From assembly GCA_045863295.1 (NCBI GenBank), contig BTWA01000011.1, positions 90,626 through 154,625 on the forward strand: 64,000 nt of DNA, written 5' to 3'. The position numbers and the translations under genes were made by a program. Positions 29,671 to 38,700 of this stretch are shown here, piece after piece (the stretch's first letter is position 1; every line of letters starts with the position of its first letter). The notes below the pieces were generated by a model that was given only the letters and a program-made list of their open reading frames with translations, had not been told where the DNA came from and searched no databases. This DNA comes from Candidatus Hydrogenedentota bacterium (GTDB lineage: Bacteria; Hydrogenedentota; Hydrogenedentia; Hydrogenedentales; SLHB01).

Positions 29671-30432
29671 ATGATTTCCCTTTATCAAAGCCCGAAATAC
29701 TACGATCTTGCATTTTCGTATCGCGACGTACCCGCCGAGGTGGGGGTTCTGGAACAGTGCATGCGGCGTTTTTGCGCCTTACCGGTCCGATCGGTGGCGG
29801 AATGGGCTTGTGGGCAGGCGCCTTATGCGGCCGAGATTATGAATAGGGGTTATGCTTACACCGGGCTCGACCTGAATCCGGTTATGCTGGAGTATGCGCG
29901 TAGCCGATTGACCAGAGGCAAAGCCGCATGGCACTTGGTTGAAGGCAACATGATTCGCTTTCAATTGCCGGAACCGGTGGACTTCGCGTATGTGCTTTTA
30001 GCGTCCCTGTACGCGCAGTCGACTCAGGAGTTGCAGTCGCATTACAATTCGGTGGCCATGGCGTTGCGGCCCGGCGGTCTGTATGTCTTGGAATGGTGCG
30101 TCGAATTCGACCCGTTGACGGACGTGGCGGAATCCTGGGAGGTTGAAGGCGACGGCATTTCGATTCTGGCAACGTACTACACGCGATGGCAGAATCATGT
30201 GGAACAAATCCTGGAGGAAACCATCCGGTTGGACGTCTCCGAGGACGGCCAGGAATTTACCATAGAAGACACATTCACCCGGAGAGTGATTTTTCCTCAG
30301 GAGTTCCTGGAGTTCATCCGGAATCATACCGAATTCGAGTTTCTGGGTTGGTGGAATAACTGGGACTTGGACGAACCGGTGGATGGCCTGAATCCGGTGA
30401 GTCGTCCCATTGTCGTATTGAGACGGCGCTGA
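29671..30432 (+). CDS. Class I SAM-dependent methyltransferase
   Basis: YYD, EWACGQA (motif I variant), GLDLNPVML..A, G.M, ALRPGG.YV; an alternative GTG start at 29650. Confidence 0.85.
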   Translation: MISLYQSPKYYDLAFSYRDVPAEVGVLEQCMRRFCALPVRSVAEWACGQAPYAAEIMNRGYAYTGLDLNPVMLEYARSRLTRGKAAWHLVEGNMIRFQLPEPVDFAYVLLASLYAQSTQELQSHYNSVAMALRPGGLYVLEWCVEFDPLTDVAESWEVEGDGISILATYYTRWQNHVEQILEETIRLDVSEDGQEFTIEDTFTRRVIFPQEFLEFIRNHTEFEFLGWWNNWDLDEPVDGLNPVSRPIVVLRRR

Positions 30433-30457
30433 GCCGTGTTCGATTGGGCGGTGCTTG

Positions 30458-31402
30458 ATGTGGAACAAGACGGAATATCAACGGCGGCTTAAATGGATGT
30501 TCGTGATTTCGTGCGCGATCCACGTCATCATGCTTGTGGCGACGGCGTCGCTACGTCCGCCTGTGTCTTATTCATTTGCCCTTTCAGACGGCGTGCAGCC
30601 GATGACGGTTAAACTGGCTCCTCGCAAACAGACTCCCAAGCGCCTGATAGACACGTATCAACCGGCGGAGGAAGCGCCGGATTCAGCTACCGACTTAATT
30701 TCTGAAAACGACTCCAATGCGCGCGACATGTCGGATGTGGAGGCGCCCCGTGAGGCGCCGCACGCCGAAAAGCCGGCTGAGTTTGACGAACTGGGCAGCC
30801 CACCTGAGCCGGCTGCTCCCGCAAAACCCTCGGAAAGCCCAGCCTCTGTTCCTGCGGTTGTGCCCGAACCGGCTGAGGCGCCCGCGCCTCCGGCCGTAGA
30901 GGACATCTTGCCAAAACCGGTGGACGACTCGCCGCTTCCCACCCCCACGCCGGCTTCGGAAGCGGCAGGCGCCGTGGAAGCCGAGCGTGTGCAGTTGGCC
31001 AAGCTGGCGCCGGAAACGCCGGTAAAAATGACGCCGGGCGAGATCAAGGGACGTCCGAATGGGGGTACGAATCGTCGCGGGCTCTTGAGTTACGAGGCGA
31101 TGTCGAACCAGTTTGCGCCTTACCTGAAAGAGGTCAGGTCGAATGTGGAGCGGCGCTGGCGCGGCTTAATGATTAACTACACGGGAACAAAGGCGACGAA
31201 TGCGGTCATCGACTGTTCCATAGGACCTGACGGCAAGCTGGCCCATGTGGAGATTGTCGATGCGGGCGACTCGGCGACGTACGCCGCGTTGTGCAAGAAG
31301 GCCATTGAAGACGCGGGCCCGTTCAAGCCATTTCCGTTTCGCATTCCCGAGATCTATGCCGAGGAAACGCTGGACATCCGCTGGACCTTTTCTTACCTCT
31401 GA
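30458..31402 (+). CDS. TonB/TolA-like protein
   Basis: N-terminal TM with S...H motif (ISCAIHV); Pro/Ala/Glu-rich linker; C-domain Y...V...V.R.W, I..DG.L, AI..A.PF.PFP. Confidence 0.8.
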   Translation: MWNKTEYQRRLKWMFVISCAIHVIMLVATASLRPPVSYSFALSDGVQPMTVKLAPRKQTPKRLIDTYQPAEEAPDSATDLISENDSNARDMSDVEAPREAPHAEKPAEFDELGSPPEPAAPAKPSESPASVPAVVPEPAEAPAPPAVEDILPKPVDDSPLPTPTPASEAAGAVEAERVQLAKLAPETPVKMTPGEIKGRPNGGTNRRGLLSYEAMSNQFAPYLKEVRSNVERRWRGLMINYTGTKATNAVIDCSIGPDGKLAHVEIVDAGDSATYAALCKKAIEDAGPFKPFPFRIPEIYAEETLDIRWTFSYL

Positions 31403-32506
31403 CTATTGTCGGCTGGCCAGAACCCGCTTGGCGAGCGCGGTTAATCTGGGAGAGGCGTGATCGAAAAAGCGCATGTACGCCGCGCACAATGCCGAAGGAT
31501 CGTGAACGGAGCCTGTCGCGAGGCGATCCTTGGGACAGCCGCCGTGACACATGGAACGCCACCGGCATCCGCGACACGCGGGCACTTTGTTTTTTTGAAA
31601 TGCGAATTGCTTGAATCGATCGAGCTGCAGAAATTCGGGGAGCGGACGATCCTTGACATTGCCGAGTTTCCAGTCGCCATAGACGAAGAAATCGCACGGG
31701 TACACATCGCCGTTGTGTTCAATGACAATATATCCGTTGCAGCGATCGCCGTAAACGCACATGCCTCCCGGCAGCCCGGCGCGCGTAGTCAGCATGGCGT
31801 CGAAATCACGAATCGAGACACGCCCCATCCCTTCCCGGGCCCAATAGTCAAACGTATCACATAAGAACTCCCCGTAGGCTTCGACGGGCACGTTATGCTT
31901 ACCTCCCTTCTCCACGCAGGGAATGAATTGGAGATATTGAAACCCACGATCGACAAACCAACGCAACAGATCCGCGCCCATGGAGACATTTGCATCGTTT
32001 ACGACACACAGGATGTTGAACTCGACTCCGGTTCGCGTCATGAGTTCGGCCGCGGCCATGGCGCTGGACCACATGCCCCGGCCGCCGATGTTCTTGCGGT
32101 ACTGGTTGTGGATGTCTTCGGGACCGTCGATGCTGAGTCCGATGAGAAAGTTGTGTTGCCGAAACAGGCGGCACCATGCTTCGTCCAACAACGATCCGTT
32201 GGTCTGTAGCGCGTTTGCCACTTGCTGGCCGGGCAGGGCAAATTGCCGTTGCAGTGCTACGGCCCGCTGAAAGAACTCGAGACCTGCCAGAGTGGGCTCT
32301 CCCCCCTGCCACGCAAACACAGATACGGGGAATCTCTGTTCCATGAGCCCGCGCACTATGGTCTCCAGCACATCATCCGGCATTTGGTGACGTTTTTCAT
32401 CCGGATACAATTCCAGCGCGCGCAGGTAGAAACAATAATCGCAACGAAGGTTGCAGTCTCCCCCCACGGGTTTAATCAACAATTGAAACGGATGCGATTC
32501 CCCCAT
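31403..32506 (-). CDS. Anaerobic sulfatase maturase (radical SAM/SPASM)
   Basis: KP....CNLRCDYCFY, WQGGEPTL, QTNG, YLQFIP, GDVYPCDF, C..C.....C.GGCPK.R. Confidence 0.93.
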   Translation of the reverse strand: MGESHPFQLLIKPVGGDCNLRCDYCFYLRALELYPDEKRHQMPDDVLETIVRGLMEQRFPVSVFAWQGGEPTLAGLEFFQRAVALQRQFALPGQQVANALQTNGSLLDEAWCRLFRQHNFLIGLSIDGPEDIHNQYRKNIGGRGMWSSAMAAAELMTRTGVEFNILCVVNDANVSMGADLLRWFVDRGFQYLQFIPCVEKGGKHNVPVEAYGEFLCDTFDYWAREGMGRVSIRDFDAMLTTRAGLPGGMCVYGDRCNGYIVIEHNGDVYPCDFFVYGDWKLGNVKDRPLPEFLQLDRFKQFAFQKNKVPACRGCRWRSMCHGGCPKDRLATGSVHDPSALCAAYMRFFDHASPRLTALAKRVLASRQ

Positions 32507-32551
32507 GGCGAGAGTATAGCACGGGCTGAATGAGAACGGGAGATTCGCCGA

Positions 32552-32809
32552 TTATGAGACCTGCGAAAGCGGAATGGCCTCATCAATCAGCATGATGGGA
32601 ATATCTTCGCGAATGGGATACAGGTAGGCTTTATCCTCACGTACCAAGCCGGCGTCAATTTTTTCTTCGATCTTCTCGCCGGCGCGGTTCTTCAACGAGC
32701 CTGCCGAAATGGCTTCGTTGATACGGGCGACGAGGGCTTCTTCGGCAAGTACGACCGGCGTCTTGTTTTCGGGGCAAACCAGAATATTCAGGAGTTCTTG
32801 ATCAACCAT
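32552..32809 (-). CDS. Trm112/YcaR-family protein
   Basis: D..LL.ILVCP..K..V and YPIREDIPIML.DEA. Confidence 0.9.
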   Translation of the reverse strand: MVDQELLNILVCPENKTPVVLAEEALVARINEAISAGSLKNRAGEKIEEKIDAGLVREDKAYLYPIREDIPIMLIDEAIPLSQVS

Positions 32810-32904
32810 GTGCGCCATCGTCTCCGCGTTCAACCGGGGTTCTGTTCGTATTGTATAATGGCGTGCGATATGTTTCCAGTGAGTGTTGTGCGAAAGGAAT
32901 GGCA

Positions 32905-33252
32905 ATGAAGCGCTGTTATAACTGCGGTGAGCCCTGGGAAAGCGTCCAGAAGCAGCCGGCTCCGAAGGATTTTTGCGCGAAGTGCGACGCCTATCTCCGG
33001 TGCTGCCGCAATTGCCGTTTCTTCGATCCTACCGTCAGCAAACAATGCCAGATACCCAATGTGGAATTGGTTACCGGCAAAGAGGCGGGCAATTTCTGCG
33101 ACGAGTTCGATTTCGCGAATTCGGATTCCGCTCCCGCGGATTCCCAGGCCAAAGACACTGCGCGAACGGCGCTGGACAGCCTGTTCGGAGACGTGCCGTC
33201 GGATGGGCCGGATGCCAAGCTTGACCGTTTTCGCGGGTTATTTGGCGACTAA
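32905..33252 (+). CDS. Cys-rich hypothetical protein (probable metal binder)
   Basis: CYNC, CAKC, CCRNCRFFD, C, NFCDEF; AAGGA RBS. Confidence 0.8.
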   Translation: MKRCYNCGEPWESVQKQPAPKDFCAKCDAYLRCCRNCRFFDPTVSKQCQIPNVELVTGKEAGNFCDEFDFANSDSAPADSQAKDTARTALDSLFGDVPSDGPDAKLDRFRGLFGD

Positions 33253-33360
33253 TTCCTTGTAGCCGCCTTGTGGGATTCAGCCCCTTCCGTCGCAAAGTGT
33301 TATATGTAAATTACTTACGATATCGCACCTAGACAACTTTCAGGCATCTTGGAAGCAGGG

Positions 33361-33399
33361 TTGATCTTTGTCTATCAAAGTGATATCATATCAGTATCA
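33361..33399 (+). promoter_or_regulatory. Promoter and probable RHH operator of the SPFH operon
   Basis: TTGATC(33361)-N17-TATCAT with TGn; TGATATCA palindrome; four TATCA copies. Confidence 0.65.
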
Positions 33400-33416
33400 A
33401 CCTTAGGAGAACTGAA

Positions 33417-34295
33417 ATGAACGTCACGTCTGAGCGCATGGTGCGCGTTCCGAATGGGTGGCCTTTGTTGATAGTCATGCTGGTGGCGATAGTAGCCATA
33501 GTCAGCATGATTATTCGGGGTGCGATACAGGAATCTCCCGGCGTGGTGATTCCCGGGGTTATCCTCCTGGCCTTGTGGGTGTTCATCGCCATCGGTTTTT
33601 ACAAACTCCAGCCCAACGAGGGGGCTGTACTGATGTTGTTTGGCCAGTACAAGGGAACCTCCAAAGACCCTGGCCTACGGTGGACGAATCCGCTGTACAC
33701 GAAGACGAAGGTCTCGTTGAGGCGGAGGAATTTTGACATGAACACGATCAAGGTCAACGATTTACGCGGCAATCCGATCGAGATAGCTGCGGTAATCGTG
33801 TGGCGTGTTCAAGACACGGCACGGGCGGTGTTTGACGTGGACAACTATGAACACTACGTGCGCGTGCAAAGCGAGTCCGCGCTGCGGCATCTTGCATTGT
33901 CCTACCCGTATGACACGTTCGACGGCGAAGTGCATTCATTGCGGGGCAGCGTCGACGAAGTGTCGGACAAGTTGCGATCCGAAGTACAGGATCGGGTGAG
34001 CGTTGCGGGCGTGGAAGTCGAGGAAACCCGTTTGAGCCATCTCGCGTACGCGCCGGAGATTGCCGGGGCCATGCTTCAACGGCAGCAGGCGGACGCAATA
34101 GTCGCGGCGCGCGCTCGAATTGTCGAAGGCGCGGTGGGGATGGTGGAAATGGCGCTGGACAAGCTGGAAGAGTACGGCAAACTGGAATTCGACGAAGAGC
34201 GGAAGATGGCCATGGTCAGCAATCTGCTGGTCGTGTTGTGCGGTCACGAAAACGCGAAGCCGGTGGTGAATGCCGGCACGCTCTACACCGGGTGA
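33417..34295 (+). CDS. SPFH/Band-7 domain membrane protein
   Basis: Two N-terminal TM; QPNE...[47 protein letters not shown]. Confidence 0.95.
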   Translation: MNVTSERMVRVPNGWPLLIVMLVAIVAIVSMIIRGAIQESPGVVIPGVILLALWVFIAIGFYKLQPNEGAVLMLFGQYKGTSKDPGLRWTNPLYTKTKVSLRRRNFDMNTIKVNDLRGNPIEIAAVIVWRVQDTARAVFDVDNYEHYVRVQSESALRHLALSYPYDTFDGEVHSLRGSVDEVSDKLRSEVQDRVSVAGVEVEETRLSHLAYAPEIAGAMLQRQQADAIVAARARIVEGAVGMVEMALDKLEEYGKLEFDEERKMAMVSNLLVVLCGHENAKPVVNAGTLYTG

Positions 34296-34304
34296 GCACA
34301 TTCA

Positions 34305-34490
34305 GTGGCACAACGGAAAGGATTCTTACTTCGATTGCCTCCGGACTTACTGGACGAATTGAATCAGTGGGCCCGGGACGATCTGCGAAGTCTCAACGCA
34401 CAGATTGAGTTTCTGTTGCGTGATGCGATTAAACAGCGCAAGCGTAATCGCGGAAGGGAGGATACTACGGATGTACCGGGCGACGGCTGA
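34305..34490 (+). CDS. Arc-like ribbon-helix-helix DNA-binding protein
   Basis: RK.FLLRL...L...L..WA.DDLRSLNAQIEFLL; GTG start. Confidence 0.9.
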   Translation: MAQRKGFLLRLPPDLLDELNQWARDDLRSLNAQIEFLLRDAIKQRKRNRGREDTTDVPGDG

Positions 34491-34917
34491 TTTTCGCGGC
34501 GATCCAGCGAAGGCCCTTGACAAGGCTCGCGACTTCCTTGCCGCGCAGAACTTTGAGGTATCACCCATTGGCGGAGGCCAGGTAATTGCGCGCAATACCA
34601 GCATTGGCTATACCTCCAAGAGGCCGTTCTCCGGCGCAACCCAGATCACTATCAGCATTTCGTCTTCCACGATCACCCTTGATGCCGACCTATCCCGCGT
34701 TAAATGGTTTGGGGCAATGACAGCGGCGGGGATTGTTTTACTCGACATCGTAATGATATCAATCCTTTATGCTACCGCTGGAAAGACTGCCGTTTACGCC
34801 GTGCTCTTCGCTACGGCGCCATGGGTTTTCCTGATTCCCATTATGTTCTCCCTGTTTCGCAAGCAAACGACCAAAGCACTCGATACCCTGATGCAGAATC
34901 TGAAATCCATGGGGTGA
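34471..34917 (+). CDS. Small 2-TM membrane protein, paralog 1
   Basis: GGGAGG RBS; soluble alpha/beta N-domain then two hydrophobic helices; similar to the next ORF. Confidence 0.75.
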   Translation: MYRATADFRGDPAKALDKARDFLAAQNFEVSPIGGGQVIARNTSIGYTSKRPFSGATQITISISSSTITLDADLSRVKWFGAMTAAGIVLLDIVMISILYATAGKTAVYAVLFATAPWVFLIPIMFSLFRKQTTKALDTLMQNLKSMG

Positions 34918-34921
34918 GGCC

Positions 34922-35392
34922 ATGTACCACACGACGGTCGAATTTCGTGGGGATCCCAACGAGGTCCTGTCGCGCATGCGTGAGGTCTTGTTGTGCTATG
35001 GCTACCGAGTTTCCGATATCAGCGGAGGAATGATTACAGCGACGTTTCAACCCTCCGCGAAAGACCGAGAACAGCGAGGCAGCCTTGCGTGTGCCACAAG
35101 AATTGCCGTTTCTGCCTCCCGGTCCGGATTAACCGTGGAGGCCGACCTCTCGTCGGCCTTTCGCGTGGCGGTCGCGGTGGTGGTGATGTTTTTGGTTTTT
35201 GACGCGTTTCTGCTTTTTTTTGCTGTCTCCACGTGGGGTTTTGGATTTGCCGCGGCAGCCGCCGGCGTTTCGATTGTGGCGGCGCCCCTGCTTGTTTTTG
35301 GGATTGACCACGGCATTCGGCGTCAGTTTAAGGGGCAAATGCGCCGACTTCTTGTCGAGGCGGCGGTGGACTCGTCGCCACATTCACGTTAA
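34922..35392 (+). CDS. Small 2-TM membrane protein, paralog 2
   Basis: MY..T..FRGDP and AT.I..S.S.S..T..ADLS shared with the previous ORF. Confidence 0.75.
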   Translation: MYHTTVEFRGDPNEVLSRMREVLLCYGYRVSDISGGMITATFQPSAKDREQRGSLACATRIAVSASRSGLTVEADLSSAFRVAVAVVVMFLVFDAFLLFFAVSTWGFGFAAAAAGVSIVAAPLLVFGIDHGIRRQFKGQMRRLLVEAAVDSSPHSR

Positions 35393-35408
35393 TCGTAGTA
35401 TTCATGGT

Positions 35409-35437
35409 TTGACGTCCAGTGAACCCGGTGGTACAGT
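35409..35437 (+). promoter_or_regulatory. Sigma70-type promoter about 160 nt upstream of the NtrC-family gene
   Basis: TTGACG-N17-TACAGT with TGn extension. Confidence 0.6.
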
Positions 35438-35449
35438 CATGCGGGGCAA

Positions 35450-35593
35450 GTGTGCTTAAGGCTGACTGTGTTTTGGCCGATGGTAAGGCATAGCCGTGTT
35501 ATGAGCAAACACGGCATGTGTTCATGGCTTACCATTGGCGGGCGGATCGACATTGGATATTTGTTTACAAACATTCGGCCGGATGAAGTACAC
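35450..35593 (+). ncRNA. Putative structured leader or ncRNA (unassigned)
   Basis: Nested stems found by eye: 35450-57/35586-93, 35460-65/35575-80, 35476-87/35528-39, 35493-500/35508-15. Confidence 0.4.
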
Positions 35594-35595
35594 CT

Positions 35596-36975
35596 ATGAA
35601 TGCAGCTCCCGTGTTGGATAGTGCACACCCGTGGCGCATGCTGGTCGTCGACGACGAACCGGGCATGCGTCAGCTTTTGCAGGAAACGTTTTCCGATCGC
35701 GGCATCCATGTAACCACGGCTTCGAACGGCGAGAAGGCCATAGAGCTTCTTGAAAAGGAAGCGTTCGACGTGGTGATTACCGATCTCAAGATGCCGGGGA
35801 GGGACGGCCTGTCCGTACTGCGCGCGGCTCGCACGACCACCAACGACACGCCGGTGATTATCTTGACGGCGTATGGGACGATTGAGACCGCAGTTGAAGC
35901 GATGCGGCTGGGTGCGCGGGATTTCATTGCGAAGCCGTTCAAACTTGCCGAAATCGACCTGAAAATCAACAAGATATTTGGATCCACGGGGTTGAGTGCT
36001 CGTGTGGCGTCGTTGCCGCAAGGAGACAGCGTGCGGCGCATCGTGGGGACGAGCGCCCCGACCCGCCAATTGCACAAAATGATTGCGAAGATCGGGCCCA
36101 CTCGCAGCTCGGTTTTGATAACGGGTCCGAGCGGCACGGGCAAGGAATTGGTAGCGCGCGCCATTCACGATGCAAGCACGCGTTGCAAGGGGCCGTTTGT
36201 CGCGCTGAACTGTGCGGCGCTTGCGCCGGGCGTTCTGGAAAGCGAGTTATTTGGCCACGAGAAGGGCGCATTCACGGGGGCCGTGGGCCGGCGGATAGGG
36301 CGATTCGAGCGTGCCCACGGCGGGACCCTGTTCCTCGACGAAGTGGGCGAAATCGACCCCGGCATTCAAACGAAATTGTTGCGGGTGCTTCAGGAAGGCG
36401 AATTCGAGCGCGTGGGCGGGGCTGAGACGGTTCGGGTGGACGTGCGGATAGTCGCGGCAACGAACCGTGAGCTTCGGGATGCGATTTCGCGCGGCTCGTT
36501 TCGCGAGGATTTCTATTATCGACTCAACGTGTTCTCGCTTCAGGTAGAGCCATTGCGGCGGCGCCCGGACGACATTCCCGTGCTGGTTGATCACTTTTTA
36601 AGGCGGTTCAGCGAGGAAACGGGCAAAACGGTTACCGGCGTGGAAGATGAGATCATGAATCTGTTCATGAAGTATCCCTGGCCGGGCAATGTGCGCGAGT
36701 TGGAAAACGTGCTCGAACGTGCGGTGGTACTTGCCGAGGGCGATACGATAACCCGGCAGGAAATCCCGCCGGAGTTGTTTTATCTGCAAGTGGAGCCGGA
36801 GGCGCCGTCTCCTGCATCCAACACTTCACTGGCGGAGTGCACGGATCGACTGGAATGCGAGATGATTGCGACGGCGCTGGACCGGTTTCATTGGAACAAG
36901 TCCAAGACGGCCGAGCACCTGGGCCTGAAGCGCACCACGCTTCAGTACAAGATCAAGAAGTACGGCTTGGAATAG
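35596..36975 (+). CDS. NtrC-family sigma54-dependent response regulator (REC-AAA+-HTH)
   Basis: VVDDE, TDLKMPG, KPF; GPSGTGKE, ESELFGHEKGAFTGA, LFLDEVG, WPGNVREL; Fis-type HTH. Confidence 0.97.
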   Translation: MNAAPVLDSAHPWRMLVVDDEPGMRQLLQETFSDRGIHVTTASNGEKAIELLEKEAFDVVITDLKMPGRDGLSVLRAARTTTNDTPVIILTAYGTIETAVEAMRLGARDFIAKPFKLAEIDLKINKIFGSTGLSARVASLPQGDSVRRIVGTSAPTRQLHKMIAKIGPTRSSVLITGPSGTGKELVARAIHDASTRCKGPFVALNCAALAPGVLESELFGHEKGAFTGAVGRRIGRFERAHGGTLFLDEVGEIDPGIQTKLLRVLQEGEFERVGGAETVRVDVRIVAATNRELRDAISRGSFREDFYYRLNVFSLQVEPLRRRPDDIPVLVDHFLRRFSEETGKTVTGVEDEIMNLFMKYPWPGNVRELENVLERAVVLAEGDTITRQEIPPELFYLQVEPEAPSPASNTSLAECTDRLECEMIATALDRFHWNKSKTAEHLGLKRTTLQYKIKKYGLE

Positions 36976-37133
36976 GGGGAGCGGAACGTCTTTCCGCAGC
37001 CGACAGCAGTCGAGTTGACGTATTACCTCTGTATTGATGGATTTTCATTGTTTTGCCGGGCACGTACCGGGTACAGTTTTCGCAGGTTTACTTTGTTTTT
37101 CGATATTTCACCATTGGATCTGAATCTGCACGC

Positions 37134-38297
37134 ATGAGAGTCATCAATGTTTCCAACCTCGCCCCGGGGATGAAGGTCGGCCGGCCCGTTGTGGACGATA
37201 CGGGCCAGATTCTTCTCAACAAAGGGGTAAACCTTACCGAAGAGTATATCCGCGCACTTCAAGCCAAGAAATTCACCGGCATTTACATTACCGACGAGAA
37301 TATCGAAGTTACGATCGACGGTGACGACGATTTGAATCCGGTGACGCGTGCCAAAGCCATTTCAACCATTCGCAAAGCATTTGAAATCATCGAGCACCAA
37401 GTGCCCCGGCTGCGCGATCAATCCATCGAGCAGTTTGCCAAGGTGTTTTCGACGGATGCCATGAAATCGTTGCTGGGTAAAGGCGGACCCCTCGATTCGC
37501 TTCAGGGGGTGGTCAGCGGTCTCATGGCGGAAGTGCTGAACCGGACCACCCTGGCGGGACTTACGTCCATCAAGTCGGTTGATCAACAACTCTACAGCCA
37601 TTCGGTGGACGTATGCGTTGTGGCGATGATGATTGGCCGATCGGTGGGACTGGACGAGAGCAAGTTGCGCCAGTTGGCGATTGGGTCTTTGCTGCACGAC
37701 ATTGGCAAGCTCTTCATGAACAAAGCCGCCAACGAGCGTAGCCAGGTGCGGCAGCACACCCTGTTGGGATATGAGCTGCTCAAGAACTGCCCGAACCCCG
37801 ACATTCTCGCGCCGCACGTTGCGTTGGAACACCACGAGTGGCAGGACGGAAGCGGAGAGCCGCGGGGCTTGATGGGCAGCAATGCACTGGAGCGCGATCG
37901 CAACTTACCGACGCCGGTGCCCACGCTGGTGGGCGAAATAGCAGCGGTGGCGAACGTCTACGACAATATGTTATCGGGTTCGCATTCGCGCCCGCCGATG
38001 ACGCCGGACACCGTGATTCAGTCGATGCGCGCGGTCGCGGGCACGCACTTGAACCGCGCTATTGTAAATGCGTTTGTCCGGTTGGCGCCGGTGTATCCGC
38101 TGGGAACCGAAGTGATTGTGCGTAGTGAGCCATACAAGAATTTTACTGCGATTGTGAGCAAAGTGAATCCGACCCGCCTGGACAAGCCGGTGATTATCCT
38201 CTTGAAAGACAATCAGGGCCGTCCCGTCGCGATAGACGAGTTGAACCTTGCGGAGGATCGCAACAAGGACATACAAATTCGGTGCAAAGTGACGTGA
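37134..38297 (+). CDS. HD-GYP-family protein with variant motifs
   Basis: HSVDV, LLHDIGK, HHEWQDGSGEPRGL, VANVYD, YPLGT.V C-terminal domain. Confidence 0.88.
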   Translation: MRVINVSNLAPGMKVGRPVVDDTGQILLNKGVNLTEEYIRALQAKKFTGIYITDENIEVTIDGDDDLNPVTRAKAISTIRKAFEIIEHQVPRLRDQSIEQFAKVFSTDAMKSLLGKGGPLDSLQGVVSGLMAEVLNRTTLAGLTSIKSVDQQLYSHSVDVCVVAMMIGRSVGLDESKLRQLAIGSLLHDIGKLFMNKAANERSQVRQHTLLGYELLKNCPNPDILAPHVALEHHEWQDGSGEPRGLMGSNALERDRNLPTPVPTLVGEIAAVANVYDNMLSGSHSRPPMTPDTVIQSMRAVAGTHLNRAIVNAFVRLAPVYPLGTEVIVRSEPYKNFTAIVSKVNPTRLDKPVIILLKDNQGRPVAIDELNLAEDRNKDIQIRCKVT

Positions 38298-38311
38298 ACG
38301 GATGGAGGGAT

Positions 38312-38608
38312 TTAGTAGACGCCGTAGTTGCGGCCACCCTGCATCATTTGAATGGCTCGTTGATTGGAACGGGCGCGCTTTTGCGACGCGGCGTAGGCTT
38401 TGGCTTGTTTCCGGTGGGCTTTGAGGGCGCGATTGGCTTCTTTCAGTGCGGCGGTACCAGTCTGGCGTGCGACCTTGGTGGTGCCGAAAGGTACGCCCAA
38501 TGCTTTGCTGGCGGCCAAATCGACCAAATCCATGGTGGAGCAGCCTTGGGCGAACACGAACGTCGCTAGAAGGCATGCAGCCGCCGTTTTCCGTACCAGA
38601 CCCCTCAC
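38312..38608 (-). CDS. Small basic lipoprotein (hypothetical)
   Basis: GGAGAGGGG RBS, GTG start, lipobox-like FAQGC; K/R/A-rich helix. Confidence 0.6.
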   Translation of the reverse strand: MRGLVRKTAAACLLATFVFAQGCSTMDLVDLAASKALGVPFGTTKVARQTGTAALKEANRALKAHRKQAKAYAASQKRARSNQRAIQMMQGGRNYGVY

Positions 38609-38700
38609 GGAAATACCCCTCTCCTTCTGCCTTAGTGGGAAGAATACCGAAATCCTGCGAGTATGGCAAGGAAAAATCACGCAACTAAAATCAAAGGAAA

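Noticed and set aside
30780..30960. Pro/Ala-rich low-complexity stretch
   Set aside because: Ordinary TonB-type linker, not a DNA repeat array
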